Source: Flammeovirgaceae bacterium UBA4465 (lineage in GTDB: Bacteria > Bacteroidota > Bacteroidia > Cytophagales > Cyclobacteriaceae). From it: a stretch of 40,000 nt of DNA. Below are positions 1-9,932 of the stretch, piece by piece. The DNA lies in NCBI GenBank assembly GCA_905182375.1, contig CAJJBF010000009.1, positions 5,984 through 45,983 of the forward strand, read 5' to 3'. Positions within the stretch are counted from its first letter, which is position 1. Every line of letters begins with the position of its first letter. A model generated the notes under the pieces. It did not search any database. It saw only the letters and a list, made by a program, of their open reading frames with translations, and had not been told where the DNA came from. The position numbers and the translations under genes were made by a program.

Positions 1-431
1 GCCAACAAAGCCTGTTCACACCTGCCCTTGACTTGATTGTAATAAAAAAGTGATTGAGCATTGGCTCCCTGGGAGGTAACGATCAAATAATTCTTGAAAT
101 TGGGGTTCTTTTGGTTTATGGTGGCTACTTTCAATGGATATATAAAATCACTTTTCTCAAAAGCCGATTTGGATCCTGCCTTTTTCATTGTGGAACCTAA
201 ACAGCAGAAAACGTCCTCCGAAAAAAGATCTTCTTCATATTGATCGAGTGCATCAAAATCTGAGATCGTAATTATTTTTACCCGCTTATCGTATTTTAAA
301 TCAATAGACCTCCGCAATACCAAAGTGATGCTTATGTAGTAGTCCTTTTGTAATATCGCTTCTAACAATAGTTTTCCTACCAAACCTGATGCGCCGATGA
401 TCAATGCAGATTTTGTCTGTCTCGCCTTCAT
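1..431 (-). CDS. NAD(P)H-binding oxidoreductase (atypical SDR / HTATIP2-like), 3' end truncated by the window edge
   Basis: Hand translation of the minus strand from the ATG at 429-431 gives MKARQTKSALIIGASGLVGKLLLEAILQ..., with a GxSGxxG Rossmann motif. The frame stays open to position 1. It is absent from the ORF track because it runs off the window. Confidence 0.6.
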   Translation of the reverse strand, partial: MKARQTKSALIIGASGLVGKLLLEAILQKDYYISITLVLRRSIDLKYDKRVKIITISDFDALDQYEEDLFSEDVFCCLGSTMKKAGSKSAFEKSDFIYPLKVATINQKNPNFKNYLIVTSQGANAQSLFYYNQVKGRCEQALL

Positions 432-443
432 CCTTTCTTTTTT

Positions 444-839
444 TTAACTCACTGGTTGCTGATTGAGTTCCCAAACTTTGAAAGCTTCAATGTCTGATTT
501 GAAATTTTTGATAATGAAATAAATTATCGATAGGTCATCAGAGAACCCAAGTAAAGGAATGAAATCCGGAACTACATCCATGGGTGTTACAAAGTAGAGC
601 AATCCAAAAACCAAAGACAGCAGTGTTTTATTTGAAAAAGAACTGTATTCACCCGAAAAACTTTTTTTAATCATCCTTAAAAATAATTGCACATGCTCCA
701 AAAGCTCATTGATCTGCTTATGACTCCCACTCAATGTTTGTAGCTTTTTGGACACTTGCCCAAACAATGCTTTGACCTGGCTTTGCTCTTCTAATATGCG
801 CTTTGCTTGTCTGAACATTTTTAATACGCTCTTTTTCAT
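444..839 (-). CDS. DUF1232 (YkvA-like) small membrane protein
   Basis: 131 aa ORF. The C-terminal segment YFVTPMDVVPDFIPLLGFSDDLSIIYFI matches the DUF1232 signature (P.D.IPDFIP..G..DD). Confidence 0.6.
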   Translation of the reverse strand: MKKSVLKMFRQAKRILEEQSQVKALFGQVSKKLQTLSGSHKQINELLEHVQLFLRMIKKSFSGEYSSFSNKTLLSLVFGLLYFVTPMDVVPDFIPLLGFSDDLSIIYFIIKNFKSDIEAFKVWELNQQPVS

Positions 840-840
840 C

Positions 841-1356
841 TTATAACAGCTCCTTTATTTCATTTTTCACAAAGACAATGGTTTGAGCGATACTGTTCTT
901 CTTGACCGCGCCTTCTAATATTAATTTGGCTAAATCTAATCCGGAATGTTCTTCCCCCAAACCCATAGCGGCTTCATTGATCAAGGTAACGGTATCCTCA
1001 ATGGCGGCGGTAATATAGGACCAAGCTTCATTGGATAGATAAATTTGTTGGGCCAAATTATGATTGAATTCCTGTCTTATCTCTTTGATTAAAAGATGCT
1101 GCAAAACGGTTGCATTCATCTCTTTTTGACTTAATCGAGGAATTAAATTATTGGGATTTGATCGCTCCAAAAGCAATATAATCCGCTCATAGGCCTGTAA
1201 CTTAATGGGCAGCATCTCCTTTTGATTTTTTTGCTTCAAGGTAGACTGGAGCTCATCAAATCGAGCCCTCAATAATGAGCTTACCATCAAAAATGAAGCA
1301 TAGAGTACTATAGCCGCAGGTCCTAATATTTTTAATAAATCAATTAACAAATCCAT
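841..1356 (-). CDS. hypothetical protein with an N-terminal transmembrane anchor
   Basis: 171 aa ORF packed tightly against the downstream DUF1232 gene (1-nt gap). It has a hydrophobic N-terminus (ILGPAAIVLYASFLMVSSLL). I recognise no family. Confidence 0.4.
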   Translation of the reverse strand: MDLLIDLLKILGPAAIVLYASFLMVSSLLRARFDELQSTLKQKNQKEMLPIKLQAYERIILLLERSNPNNLIPRLSQKEMNATVLQHLLIKEIRQEFNHNLAQQIYLSNEAWSYITAAIEDTVTLINEAAMGLGEEHSGLDLAKLILEGAVKKNSIAQTIVFVKNEIKELL

Positions 1357-1406
1357 ATCCTCTATTTTTATTACTTATTTCAAAAATAAATAATTTCTTT
1401 TGTGCA

Positions 1407-1724
1407 ATGATTGCTCCCATCAAAATAACTACCCGCGCCGTTGAAGAAATTATAAATATACTCAAAACTAAAGGTATTCCTCAAGAATACTTACTTAGGG
1501 TGAGTATAAAAGGTAGCCACGGTTGTTCGGGTGTCAACTTCACTTTGGGGTTTGATAAAAAAAAGGAGTTTGACACGGTTTCATTAGTTTCTGGAATTAA
1601 CGTTCTCATACAAAAATCAGAAATGATGTTCCTAATTGGTCAAGAAATTGATTTTCATGAGGGGACTGAATCACGTGGGTTTATTTTTCGGAATTATGAG
1701 GACAATTCAACTACGGCCCGATGA
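1407..1724 (+). CDS. HesB/IscA-like Fe-S cluster assembly accessory protein, atypical because the C-terminal Cys motif is absent
   Basis: The fold pattern IKITTRAVEEI...LRVSIKGSHGCSGVNFTLGFD...IDFHEG..SRGFIFRN is typical of the Fe-S_biosyn family. The usual C-terminal CGCG ligands are missing. Confidence 0.55.
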   Translation: MIAPIKITTRAVEEIINILKTKGIPQEYLLRVSIKGSHGCSGVNFTLGFDKKKEFDTVSLVSGINVLIQKSEMMFLIGQEIDFHEGTESRGFIFRNYEDNSTTAR

Positions 1725-2044
1725 CAAAGCCCTTCAATAGGCGGATTGTATTTGCTCACTTTTACCCAAACTTTTTTGACTTGTGGAAACTTGCTTGTCA
1801 AAAGTTCGATGATTTGATTGGCCAAATACTCTAGCAGCGCCGCCTCTTTAGACATTACCTTTGAAATCAATTGATATACCTGTTCGTAATCAACCGTCCC
1901 CTCTAATTTATCTTCCTTAGTAGCCAAATCGACATTGAGCTCCATTTTGACGTCAACACTGTATTTATTACCTATTTTTCGCTCTTCTTCATAATATCCA
2001 TGATGCGCGTAGAACTCCATTCCCTCTAATGAAACAAATGCCAT
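1694..2044 (-). CDS. folB: dihydroneopterin aldolase
   Basis: 116 aa. MEFYAHHGYYEEERKIGNKYSVDV and a C-terminal VKVSKYNPPIEG are characteristic of FolB. Confidence 0.8.
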   Translation of the reverse strand: MAFVSLEGMEFYAHHGYYEEERKIGNKYSVDVKMELNVDLATKEDKLEGTVDYEQVYQLISKVMSKEAALLEYLANQIIELLTSKFPQVKKVWVKVSKYNPPIEGLCHRAVVELSS

Positions 2045-2049
2045 CAGCC

Positions 2050-2838
2050 TTATATCTGATCAAAAAATGAAACGTCTCCACTTTCGTCTTTCACTGATCC
2101 GTCCTCTTCTTTATTTTTACTTTCCATCTTTTTTGATGTCGTATCTTTGGATTTAATAAATTCAGTGAGCTTTTCAGTTGCTGCTACATCATCCTTAGAG
2201 ATTTGAGGAATAGGAGACAGCGGTGCTGGCGGTGCGATTGGCTCTTCCTTATCAATCAGCGACCGTGAATCGTGAACCTGCTTCCTAACTTTAATCAAGT
2301 GATCCTCTACCTTGAAGTTCCCCTTCTGATTACTTGCTCGGTTGATTCTATCGGTTATATCCAAAATAATATTTTGTAACTCTCCAATTAACGAGTCTCT
2401 GTGATTTTCAATACTTTGATAGTTCTTGGCTAAGTCCTTGATGATATCCTGCATCTCGACAATCAAATTTTTAGCCTGATTCTCTGCCTCTTCTATAATT
2501 CTGGTCGCTTTTGATTTGGTCTCGCGCATTACTGCCTCTGAATTCATTTGCGCCTCTCTGAGATGAAGCTCTGCCGCTTTGTTGGCCTGATCAATCAAAT
2601 TCGCCCCTGTATCCTCAGCTGTTTTGAGTGTTTTAAACAATGAATTTTCAACTTCACGGAGTTTTTTAACCTCAATATCAGCCGTTTCTTGCTTTATTTT
2701 AAGCTCATTATTTTCATTCAATAATCGCTCCCATTCTTGAGATAAAGAGGCTAAAAAAGCATCTACTTCATCTTTATCAAACCCACGAAGTTTTTTTTCG
2801 AAGGTTTTCCTTTTGATTTCCAGCGGTGTTATTCTCAT
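2050..2838 (-). CDS. DivIVA domain-containing protein
   Basis: The N-terminus MRITPLEIKRKTFEKKLRGFDKDEVDAFL is the canonical DivIVA motif. It is followed by a long coiled-coil-like region. Confidence 0.8.
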   Translation of the reverse strand: MRITPLEIKRKTFEKKLRGFDKDEVDAFLASLSQEWERLLNENNELKIKQETADIEVKKLREVENSLFKTLKTAEDTGANLIDQANKAAELHLREAQMNSEAVMRETKSKATRIIEEAENQAKNLIVEMQDIIKDLAKNYQSIENHRDSLIGELQNIILDITDRINRASNQKGNFKVEDHLIKVRKQVHDSRSLIDKEEPIAPPAPLSPIPQISKDDVAATEKLTEFIKSKDTTSKKMESKNKEEDGSVKDESGDVSFFDQI

Positions 2839-2839
2839 A

Positions 2840-3757
2840 TTATTTACTAAAGTTTATATCCCAGACAGATATAGTACGATCATCACTACAAGATATTAAA
2901 GAATTTTTATTTGGCATTGACAAAAGCTTATTAACTGAGGTTCCATGACCTGCATAACGCCCCTTATCTATGACTCGAATTAATTTAAAAGTACCGGAAT
3001 CCCAAATCTTGATTGATTTGTCCATACTGCAAGTTACAAAATAATGACCATTTGAATGATAGCTAATATGATTGATGGCGTACATGTGGGCTACTATATC
3101 TTCTGCTAAAAATAAGGTGTTTCCCTCTTCAAGTGACCAGATTTTGAGATGTGCATCTCTACTCCCACTCAATATCATCTTATTCGTAGGATCGATGCAC
3201 AAGCTAAAAACAGAGTTTTTATGTGCCTGTATTTCTTGGATAAGTTTATAATTTTTCTTGTCAATTACCCTTATGCAGCCATCACTGTAGCCGGCATAAA
3301 TACGATGCTCATCGACTTGCAAAGTGCGGGCGCTCTTTTGGGATAAATTAAGCATTTTTACAAGCTTCCAGCTTTCCCGACTGACAATATAAATAGCACC
3401 ATCACCTGTCGCTATGTAAAGAAAATCATCATCAAACTGGATATCAAAAATATGAGCCTTGGTCATTTGAAGCGATGTAATTTCTCGTTTGGCTACTGGG
3501 TCAATGACGTGCAGTCCATCAAAATTTTGACCTATAAATAGATGATCTCTCAAGGGATCATAGCTGAGCGCATAAACAGAGGTTGAAACTTTTGCAACTA
3601 CATTTCCAGCAGCATATCCATTTATATTCCATTTAATAATATGACCATCTGCGCCCCCTGAAACAAATTCATGCTCATTTAATCCACACAAAGCATAAAT
3701 AGCATCTTTATGGCCCGTAAAGCTATGTTCCTTTGTTATTGAAGGTCGGTTTATCAT
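2840..3757 (-). CDS. WD40 repeat protein
   Basis: Repeated GH...(W/I)D and SGS.D..(I/L)K(I/V)W units (SGGADGHIIKWN, SGSRDAHLKIWS, CSMDKSIKIWD, CSDDRTISVWD). The track ORF starts at a TTG (3772). The ATG at 3755-3757 is the more likely start. Confidence 0.7.
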   Translation of the reverse strand: MINRPSITKEHSFTGHKDAIYALCGLNEHEFVSGGADGHIIKWNINGYAAGNVVAKVSTSVYALSYDPLRDHLFIGQNFDGLHVIDPVAKREITSLQMTKAHIFDIQFDDDFLYIATGDGAIYIVSRESWKLVKMLNLSQKSARTLQVDEHRIYAGYSDGCIRVIDKKNYKLIQEIQAHKNSVFSLCIDPTNKMILSGSRDAHLKIWSLEEGNTLFLAEDIVAHMYAINHISYHSNGHYFVTCSMDKSIKIWDSGTFKLIRVIDKGRYAGHGTSVNKLLSMPNKNSLISCSDDRTISVWDINFSK

Positions 3758-3804
3758 AAAAGTTACCTTCAAAAGTATTACAATTGCATGATCTATTTAC
3801 TCAA

Positions 3805-4407
3805 ATGCCACTATTCTTAACTAACAAAATAAACAAGGTAAGCACTTATGCCGTTTGGAATATCACCGAAACAGCAACTGAGTTAGCCCGCTTAGCGGGC
3901 TCGTCAGCCCCGCACAAGAATGATAAAAAAAAATGCGAATGGCTAGCGATCCGATTATTGGTCATGCATCTTACCTCACTATTTGAAATTTCCTATGCTG
4001 GCATTGCTAAAACGACCACAGGAAAGCCTTTCCTCATCGGCCATGCGGCAAACATTTCAATAACACACTCTTTTCCTATGGCTGCTGCCATGATTCATTT
4101 AGATGCGCCTTGTGGTATTGATATTGAATCCCCCAGAAACCAATTAATCAAGATTCAATCTAAAATCCTCCATCTGAGTGAGTATCAGCATAAAAACAAC
4201 GCTTTCAATCTCTGTAAAATATGGATGGTCAAAGAAGTATTGATCAAAATATGTGGACAAACTCAACTGAGCTTTAAAAATGAACTGAAAACAGAGTTGA
4301 TAGATGATCATCAAGCCTTGGGTCATATTATGTCGACCGAAATCAATGAACACTATCGAATCAACATTGTGCCCATATTGAATTATTTACTTGCTTATAG
4401 CTTATGA
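3805..4407 (+). CDS. 4'-phosphopantetheinyl transferase superfamily protein
   Basis: PPTase motifs GKPF, SITHS, GIDIE and W..KE...K are present. The track ORF begins at a TTG (3784). The ATG at 3805 gives MPLFLTNK.... Confidence 0.65.
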   Translation: MPLFLTNKINKVSTYAVWNITETATELARLAGSSAPHKNDKKKCEWLAIRLLVMHLTSLFEISYAGIAKTTTGKPFLIGHAANISITHSFPMAAAMIHLDAPCGIDIESPRNQLIKIQSKILHLSEYQHKNNAFNLCKIWMVKEVLIKICGQTQLSFKNELKTELIDDHQALGHIMSTEINEHYRINIVPILNYLLAYSL

Positions 4408-4412
4408 AAACC

Positions 4413-5249
4413 TTAACTACCAGTGATAAGGCTCATCAGTTTTTTAATTTCATCACTCTTGTGATAGTCCCCAATCTTATCAAAGGCGACCATTAAATTC
4501 CTAAGACTTCTCTTAATTATTTGGCCATGATCGCAAGGTTCAAAATACTCATTTTTGGGCATCAATTGAAGTTGGGCTATATAATTATCAATATCCTCTT
4601 TAGAAAAAATCAATCCTCGATTAAAAACATTGATGTAAAACTGAAGTTTGTCGGTCTTATACGTGAGCACAAATAAGTTGGGTAGATTTACTCCAAATAT
4701 AGGTAGGCCCAGTTTTTGAGTAATCAATAAGTAGAGTGCAGAGAGGGATATAGGGTTTCCTTTTGAGGATTCTAAGACGCTATTTATCATGGAGTTTCCT
4801 GGAGCATGAAAATTTTTGGTGTTGGCCCTAAATTTATATTTTTCAAAGAGCATACTATTGATCCTCTTGATCTGATCAAAGGGGAGTAAGTCAGGGTCCA
4901 TTTGTGTCCAAATTTCTCGATACAACTGTTCTATTTTATTTGACATTTGTGTATATTCTAAATCAGGATATTGATAAGTGGCCAGAATCCACATTCCTTT
5001 CAACAGATCTTCTTTTTCATGCTCATACCAATGCGTCAGCCGCTCCTGAGCCAACTCAAATTGCAAGAAATGAACCAAGTCCTCAATCCGTTCATGGGCC
5101 TTAGGATTGAACGTCTGTTCCCAAGCTTCCTCTAAAAAAGGAATCACTCCGGTACCTAAGGTTTTAAGTTTTTCTTCGACATGCGCAACCACCTCAACGT
5201 CGTCATCATCCAATAATTCCACCAATGACTTCAGCTCTTTATTGTTCAT
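4413..5249 (-). CDS. transglutaminase-like / SirB1 (YchA)-family protein
   Basis: 278 aa. The central block GNSMINSVLESSKGNPISLSALYLLITQKLGLPIFGVNLPNLFVL matches the SirB1 N-terminal / transglutaminase-like family pattern. Confidence 0.55.
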   Translation of the reverse strand: MNNKELKSLVELLDDDDVEVVAHVEEKLKTLGTGVIPFLEEAWEQTFNPKAHERIEDLVHFLQFELAQERLTHWYEHEKEDLLKGMWILATYQYPDLEYTQMSNKIEQLYREIWTQMDPDLLPFDQIKRINSMLFEKYKFRANTKNFHAPGNSMINSVLESSKGNPISLSALYLLITQKLGLPIFGVNLPNLFVLTYKTDKLQFYINVFNRGLIFSKEDIDNYIAQLQLMPKNEYFEPCDHGQIIKRSLRNLMVAFDKIGDYHKSDEIKKLMSLITGS

Positions 5250-5273
5250 CTGTTAACAGACCCTCTTTAATTA

Positions 5274-6218
5274 TCAATTATTCAGGGACTCCAATCCCTT
5301 CATTTTTTTGCTCTTTCTCCCTAAAGGTTTGAGAAAGTCTTTGGGGTATTGATTAAAATGAAGGGTCAATTTATCTAGATCAAACAACAATTGATTGAGA
5401 TTATTATACAAAGAATCGTTCACGATCAATTGACCCATTGTACCTTGACCTTGGTTTATAGCCGAAATGGTACTTTTCAATGCTTTCATAAGATCTTGCA
5501 CTTCAACCAAGGTCCCACTCAAATCTAGATTGCTGAGCGAATCCAAAACGTCTTCTGCTTTCTTAAAAATAGGATCTAAATCTTTAATCTTATTATTTAC
5601 ATTGGTTAGCACCTCGTTAGTAGAGTGAATAACTAAAGCGAAACCTTCTTTATTTTCATTCAATAATTCATTAATACCTTTCAATGTGATTTCTAATTCA
5701 GAAATGGTACTGGTTATTTTTTCACCGCTCCCTTGAAGTCCCAATAGAATTTCATTGATCCTCCTTATGGTAACATTAAGATTATCGGTGATCGGCTGAA
5801 CATTATCGAGGTATTCAGCAAGACCTCTGTCCATAAGTGCTCTAAGTGTGTCATTGGCGGCTAAAGGCCTATCTATAGGGCCAATTTTCAATACGATTGC
5901 TTTACTCCCTAATAAGTCTGCATTTGACAATTCTGCAATGGTTGAGTCTCCTAAAATAATTTCAGAATTAATAGCTAATTCAACAACTACTTGATTATTG
6001 AAATCTTGGCGAAGTTGAATATTCCGGACTTTACCTACAGTCAAACCATTGATAATTACCGGATTTGATTTGGTCAAACCATCTACGTTATCATAAACAA
6101 CATAATAACTGGTTTCTTTATTCATGAAGTCTCTCCCTTTCAAATAACTAAATCCGAAATATAATGTCAGGCCCGCGGCAAGCGCAATTAATCCTATTTT
6201 AAATTCTTTAGCCCTCAT
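5274..6218 (-). CDS. MlaD/MCE family protein
   Basis: An N-terminal TM segment followed by an MCE domain (YYVVYDNVDGLTKSNPVIINGLTVGKV) and a C-terminal helical region. Confidence 0.75.
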   Translation of the reverse strand: MRAKEFKIGLIALAAGLTLYFGFSYLKGRDFMNKETSYYVVYDNVDGLTKSNPVIINGLTVGKVRNIQLRQDFNNQVVVELAINSEIILGDSTIAELSNADLLGSKAIVLKIGPIDRPLAANDTLRALMDRGLAEYLDNVQPITDNLNVTIRRINEILLGLQGSGEKITSTISELEITLKGINELLNENKEGFALVIHSTNEVLTNVNNKIKDLDPIFKKAEDVLDSLSNLDLSGTLVEVQDLMKALKSTISAINQGQGTMGQLIVNDSLYNNLNQLLFDLDKLTLHFNQYPKDFLKPLGRKSKKMKGLESLNN

Positions 6219-6221
6219 TGT

Positions 6222-7004
6222 TTAATTTGATTGTTCAATTTCTTTTTTATAATCTCTAATCGCTCTGTAAATACCCGAAGCAATATAAACTTGATTACGT
6301 TTATCATTCAAATATCGTTCTTCTTTTGCGTTACTAAGATAACCTACTTCAATTAAAACACTAGGCATTGCGGTACTCCAAAGTAGCTGAAGGCTGGATT
6401 GTTTCACGCCTAAACTCCTTCTGCCGACGCGCTCTTTGAACTGTTTCTCCACTAAGCTGGCAAATTGTACACTTTTTTCATGAAAAGCATTTTGGGTAAG
6501 CGAAAATAAAATATAAGATTCAATTGATTTAGGATCAAAGTTTTGATAGGTCTCTTTATAATTTTCCTCCAACAAAATAACTGAATTTTCACGTTTAGCT
6601 ACCTCGAAATTTCGACCTATATTTTTAGTTGCCATAACGTAGGTCTCGGTACCTGTAACATTTGGATTACTCAGCCAGTTGGCGTGTATAGAAATAAATA
6701 AATCCGCCTCAAGATCATTCGCAATCTTCGAGCGCTTAGCTAGTGAGGGAAAACTGTCATCCGAACGGGTCAAAACAACTTGTACATCTGGAATATTCTC
6801 ATTAATAATTCGCTTCAGCTCCAAGGAAATTTTTAATACTACATCTTTCTCATTCGAAAATGACCCGTGGGTCCCCGGATCCCGACCTCCATGACCCGGA
6901 TCAATGACTATTTTCCTAACTTTGTATTGTTTAATTCCAACCGTTTGGAACGAAACAAAAATTAATGATAACGAAATCACAAAAGATATTGCAATATTTC
7001 TCAC
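6222..7004 (-). CDS. N-acetylmuramoyl-L-alanine amidase (Amidase_3)
   Basis: IVIDPGHGGRDPGTHG, FISIHAN and PSVLIEVGYLSN are Amidase_3 zinc-site and fold motifs. A signal/TM N-terminus is present. Confidence 0.85.
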   Translation of the reverse strand: MRNIAISFVISLSLIFVSFQTVGIKQYKVRKIVIDPGHGGRDPGTHGSFSNEKDVVLKISLELKRIINENIPDVQVVLTRSDDSFPSLAKRSKIANDLEADLFISIHANWLSNPNVTGTETYVMATKNIGRNFEVAKRENSVILLEENYKETYQNFDPKSIESYILFSLTQNAFHEKSVQFASLVEKQFKERVGRRSLGVKQSSLQLLWSTAMPSVLIEVGYLSNAKEERYLNDKRNQVYIASGIYRAIRDYKKEIEQSN

Positions 7005-7089
7005 TGTCCAACGATTGGTTAGTATATCAAATACGATACTTTAGCACAAAAATTGCAAAATTTTCGTTAAAACAAAACTTGTATCAAAC

Positions 7090-9856
7090 TTGAAGTCCAT
7101 AATAAGTCTATTAGTAGGATTTATTTTAACCTTATCAACCTGTACCTCCTTAATTGCACAAACGGTTGTACAAGAAGATACTGTGATGCTGAAAGGTTTA
7201 GAGGGCATAAGTATATCTGGCGATACCATCATACTAAAAGGATTGGATACCCTAAAAATATCTGATGACTCCTCAAGGTCAGAGATAAGCTCTGATACTA
7301 CCGTATCCTCTTTCATAGAACCTAAGGCCCCTATTGGAGAAATTGAAACCATCATAAATTATAATGCCCAAGATTCCATTTTTTTTGATCTGAAATCTAG
7401 TAAACTGACCCTTTATGGAGAAAGTCATATTGACTATGGGGAAATTGAATTAGACGCTGATGAAACCCAAATCAGTATGACTGATAGAATCATCACTTCA
7501 ACTTATAGCTTGGATTCAGCAGGAAGAAAACAAGGAAAGCCCATTTTTACAGAAAAGGGTACCGTCTACGAAACCGATTTCATCATCTACAATTTAAAGA
7601 CCAAAAGGGCCCAAATCAAAGGTGTAATCACTGAGCAAATGGGTGCCTTCATGCATGGCCAAGATGTCAAGAAGAATGAACGAAATGAAATGTATATCTC
7701 AGAAGCCATGTACACTACCTGTAATCTCACGGACCCGCATTTTCATATTCAATCCAAACAGCTCAAAGTAACGAAACGAAATGTCATCTCTGGTCCTTTC
7801 AATTTAAGGTTTCGGGAAATTAAAACCCCCCTCTGGTTTCCTTTTGGAATGTTCCCAAAACCAAAAGAAAAAACCTCAGGGTATCTTAGTTCCTACCTAT
7901 GGGGAAGAGACCCGAAGAGGTTTTTTCTTAAGGGATGGCGGTTATTATTGGGCTGTTAATGATTATATGGACATCAGAACTACGGGATCTGTTTTTTCTA
8001 ATGGGGGATATGGCGCTGTTTTCAATACAAATTTTAAAAAAAGATATGTTTATACAGGAGGTCTCAATTTTAGCTTTAATAAAAATATTATCGATAATGA
8101 AAATGGATTGAGCAGTAATGACTTTTGGGTAAGAAGTAATCTTAAACCCCTTTCTAAAGGTAATTCTAGTGTGAGTGCTTCAATTTCAGCAGGTACGACG
8201 ACTTATAACAGTAACAATAATTTAGCCACTACCGATTTTAACAGAAGTATCAGTTCTCAATTTTCATCTAATCTTTCTTACCGCCAAAAATTTGCTAATG
8301 CCCCTATTAATTTGACTATGAATGCCCGACATCGACAAAACGTGCAAACAGGTGTGATGACTTTTAATCTACCAGAGTTGTCCCTCAATGTCAATCGGCA
8401 GTACCCCTTTAAGAAATTAGCTGGATCCAACATGGATTTCCTTAAAAAATTAGGACTTAGCTATAATTTTGTTGCAAAAAATGAAATTACTAATAAACAG
8501 GCGAAGACCAACTTTCCATTTACAGTAGCCAACCAAACATCCACTCAGGAGGATCAAGAGGAAGAACTAAAATTGGATTTTAAAAATGCAAAAAATGGAG
8601 GTCAACATAAAATACCCATTGCCACATCAGTTAAATTATTCAATAAATTAAATCTCAGTCCCAACTTCAATTTAACAGAATATTGGTATACCAAAGAGCT
8701 TGATTATACCTATTTACCCGAACTTGAAGCCGTTCAAGTCGATACCCTCCAGAAATTTTCACGTGCTCTTTCATGGAATTCAGGTGCTTCTTTGAGCACC
8801 ATTATATACGGAACCCGCTTTTTTAAGCCTGGCGGTTATATTCAAGCCATACGCCATGTAGTCACACCTTCAATTTCTTTTAGCTACACGCCTGACATTA
8901 CCAATAGCGAAAATAGTCCTTGGGAATGGATACAAAAAAACGAAAAAGGAGATTCAGTACTGATGTCAAAATATCACCAGTTTGCTTATGGATCTCCTCG
9001 AGGAAATATGAGTAAAACTTTGAGCTTTGGTCTCCAAAATAATCTTGAAATAAAAGTTCGAGATAAAAAAGATACGTTAGGTATTGGTTATAAAAAGATT
9101 AAGCTGTTTGATAATTTCTCTCTAAATAGTGGTTATAATTTTGCCGCTGACTCTTTCAATTTATCCAACATAAATTTATCAACTAGAACCAGTTTTTTTA
9201 AAGGTAAGCTTAGTTTCAATATCGGCGGCACCCTTGATCCCTACGTATATAATGCTTTAGTAACCAATAAAGAAGGCCTAGTCACGCGTCAGGAGCGAAT
9301 TGATAAATTTTCATGGCAAAATGGTCAAGGTTTAGGCAATTTGTCTAGAATCAACACCGCCATTAGCTTAAATTTAAAACCAAAAGGTTCAAGTGATGAA
9401 GAGGAAAATAATGGAAGAAATGATTTTATAGATCAAGATATCACGAATCAAGAAGAATTAGGGTTACAAGATGCCGCTGATCTAGATTATATTTATAAAA
9501 ACCCAAATGAGTATGTCAATTTTAATATTCCATGGTCCCTTAGGGTTTCCTACTCCGTAAATGTCACGCAATCTGGTTTATTAGAATCAAGGATAAGGCA
9601 AACATTGACTTTTTCAGGAGATGTATCTCTGACTCCAAAAACTAAAATAAATTTTAGGTCCGGTTTCGATTTAGAGAAAAATAAATTTACTCAAACTAGC
9701 ATTGGGGTCAACCGTGATTTACACTGCTGGCAATTAAGCTTCAATTGGATCCCTTTTGGAAGAAATCAATCCTTTAATTTAGTCATAAGACCCAAATCAG
9801 CTTTATTACAAGATTTGAAACTTCAGAAAAGAAAAAGTTTTCAAGACTTTTTTTAA
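7090..9856 (+). pseudogene. Bacteroidota-type putative LPS-assembly protein LptD, interrupted by one frameshift
   Basis: Two overlapping ORFs (7090..7959 in frame 1, 7844..9856 in frame 2) together give one roughly 920-aa protein. The conserved junction motif reads correctly (..FPKPKEKTSGILVPTYGEETRRGFFLRDGGYYWAVNDYMD) only if one base is removed at A6 (7868-7873) or G3 (7879-7881). Confidence 0.7.
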
Positions 9857-9867
9857 ATAAGAAGGAC

Positions 9868-9891
9868 AGAAGGGTTCAGTCTAACCTTTCT
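9868..9891 (+). terminator. candidate hairpin terminator downstream of the lptD-like gene
   Basis: AGAAGGGTT / AACCTTTCT forms a 9-bp stem (one G-U pair) with a 6-nt loop. It lies 12 nt after the stop and is followed by a moderately T-rich stretch. Confidence 0.3.
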
Positions 9892-9932
9892 TCTAGATTT
9901 TAGAACCAATCTCCAAACATCTCAAGGTGAAA

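Noticed and set aside
7041-7355. 104-aa ORF on the minus strand opposite the start of the lptD-like gene
   Set aside because: It is an antisense shadow of a well-supported coding region with a low-complexity Ser/Ile-rich translation. There is no independent evidence for it.
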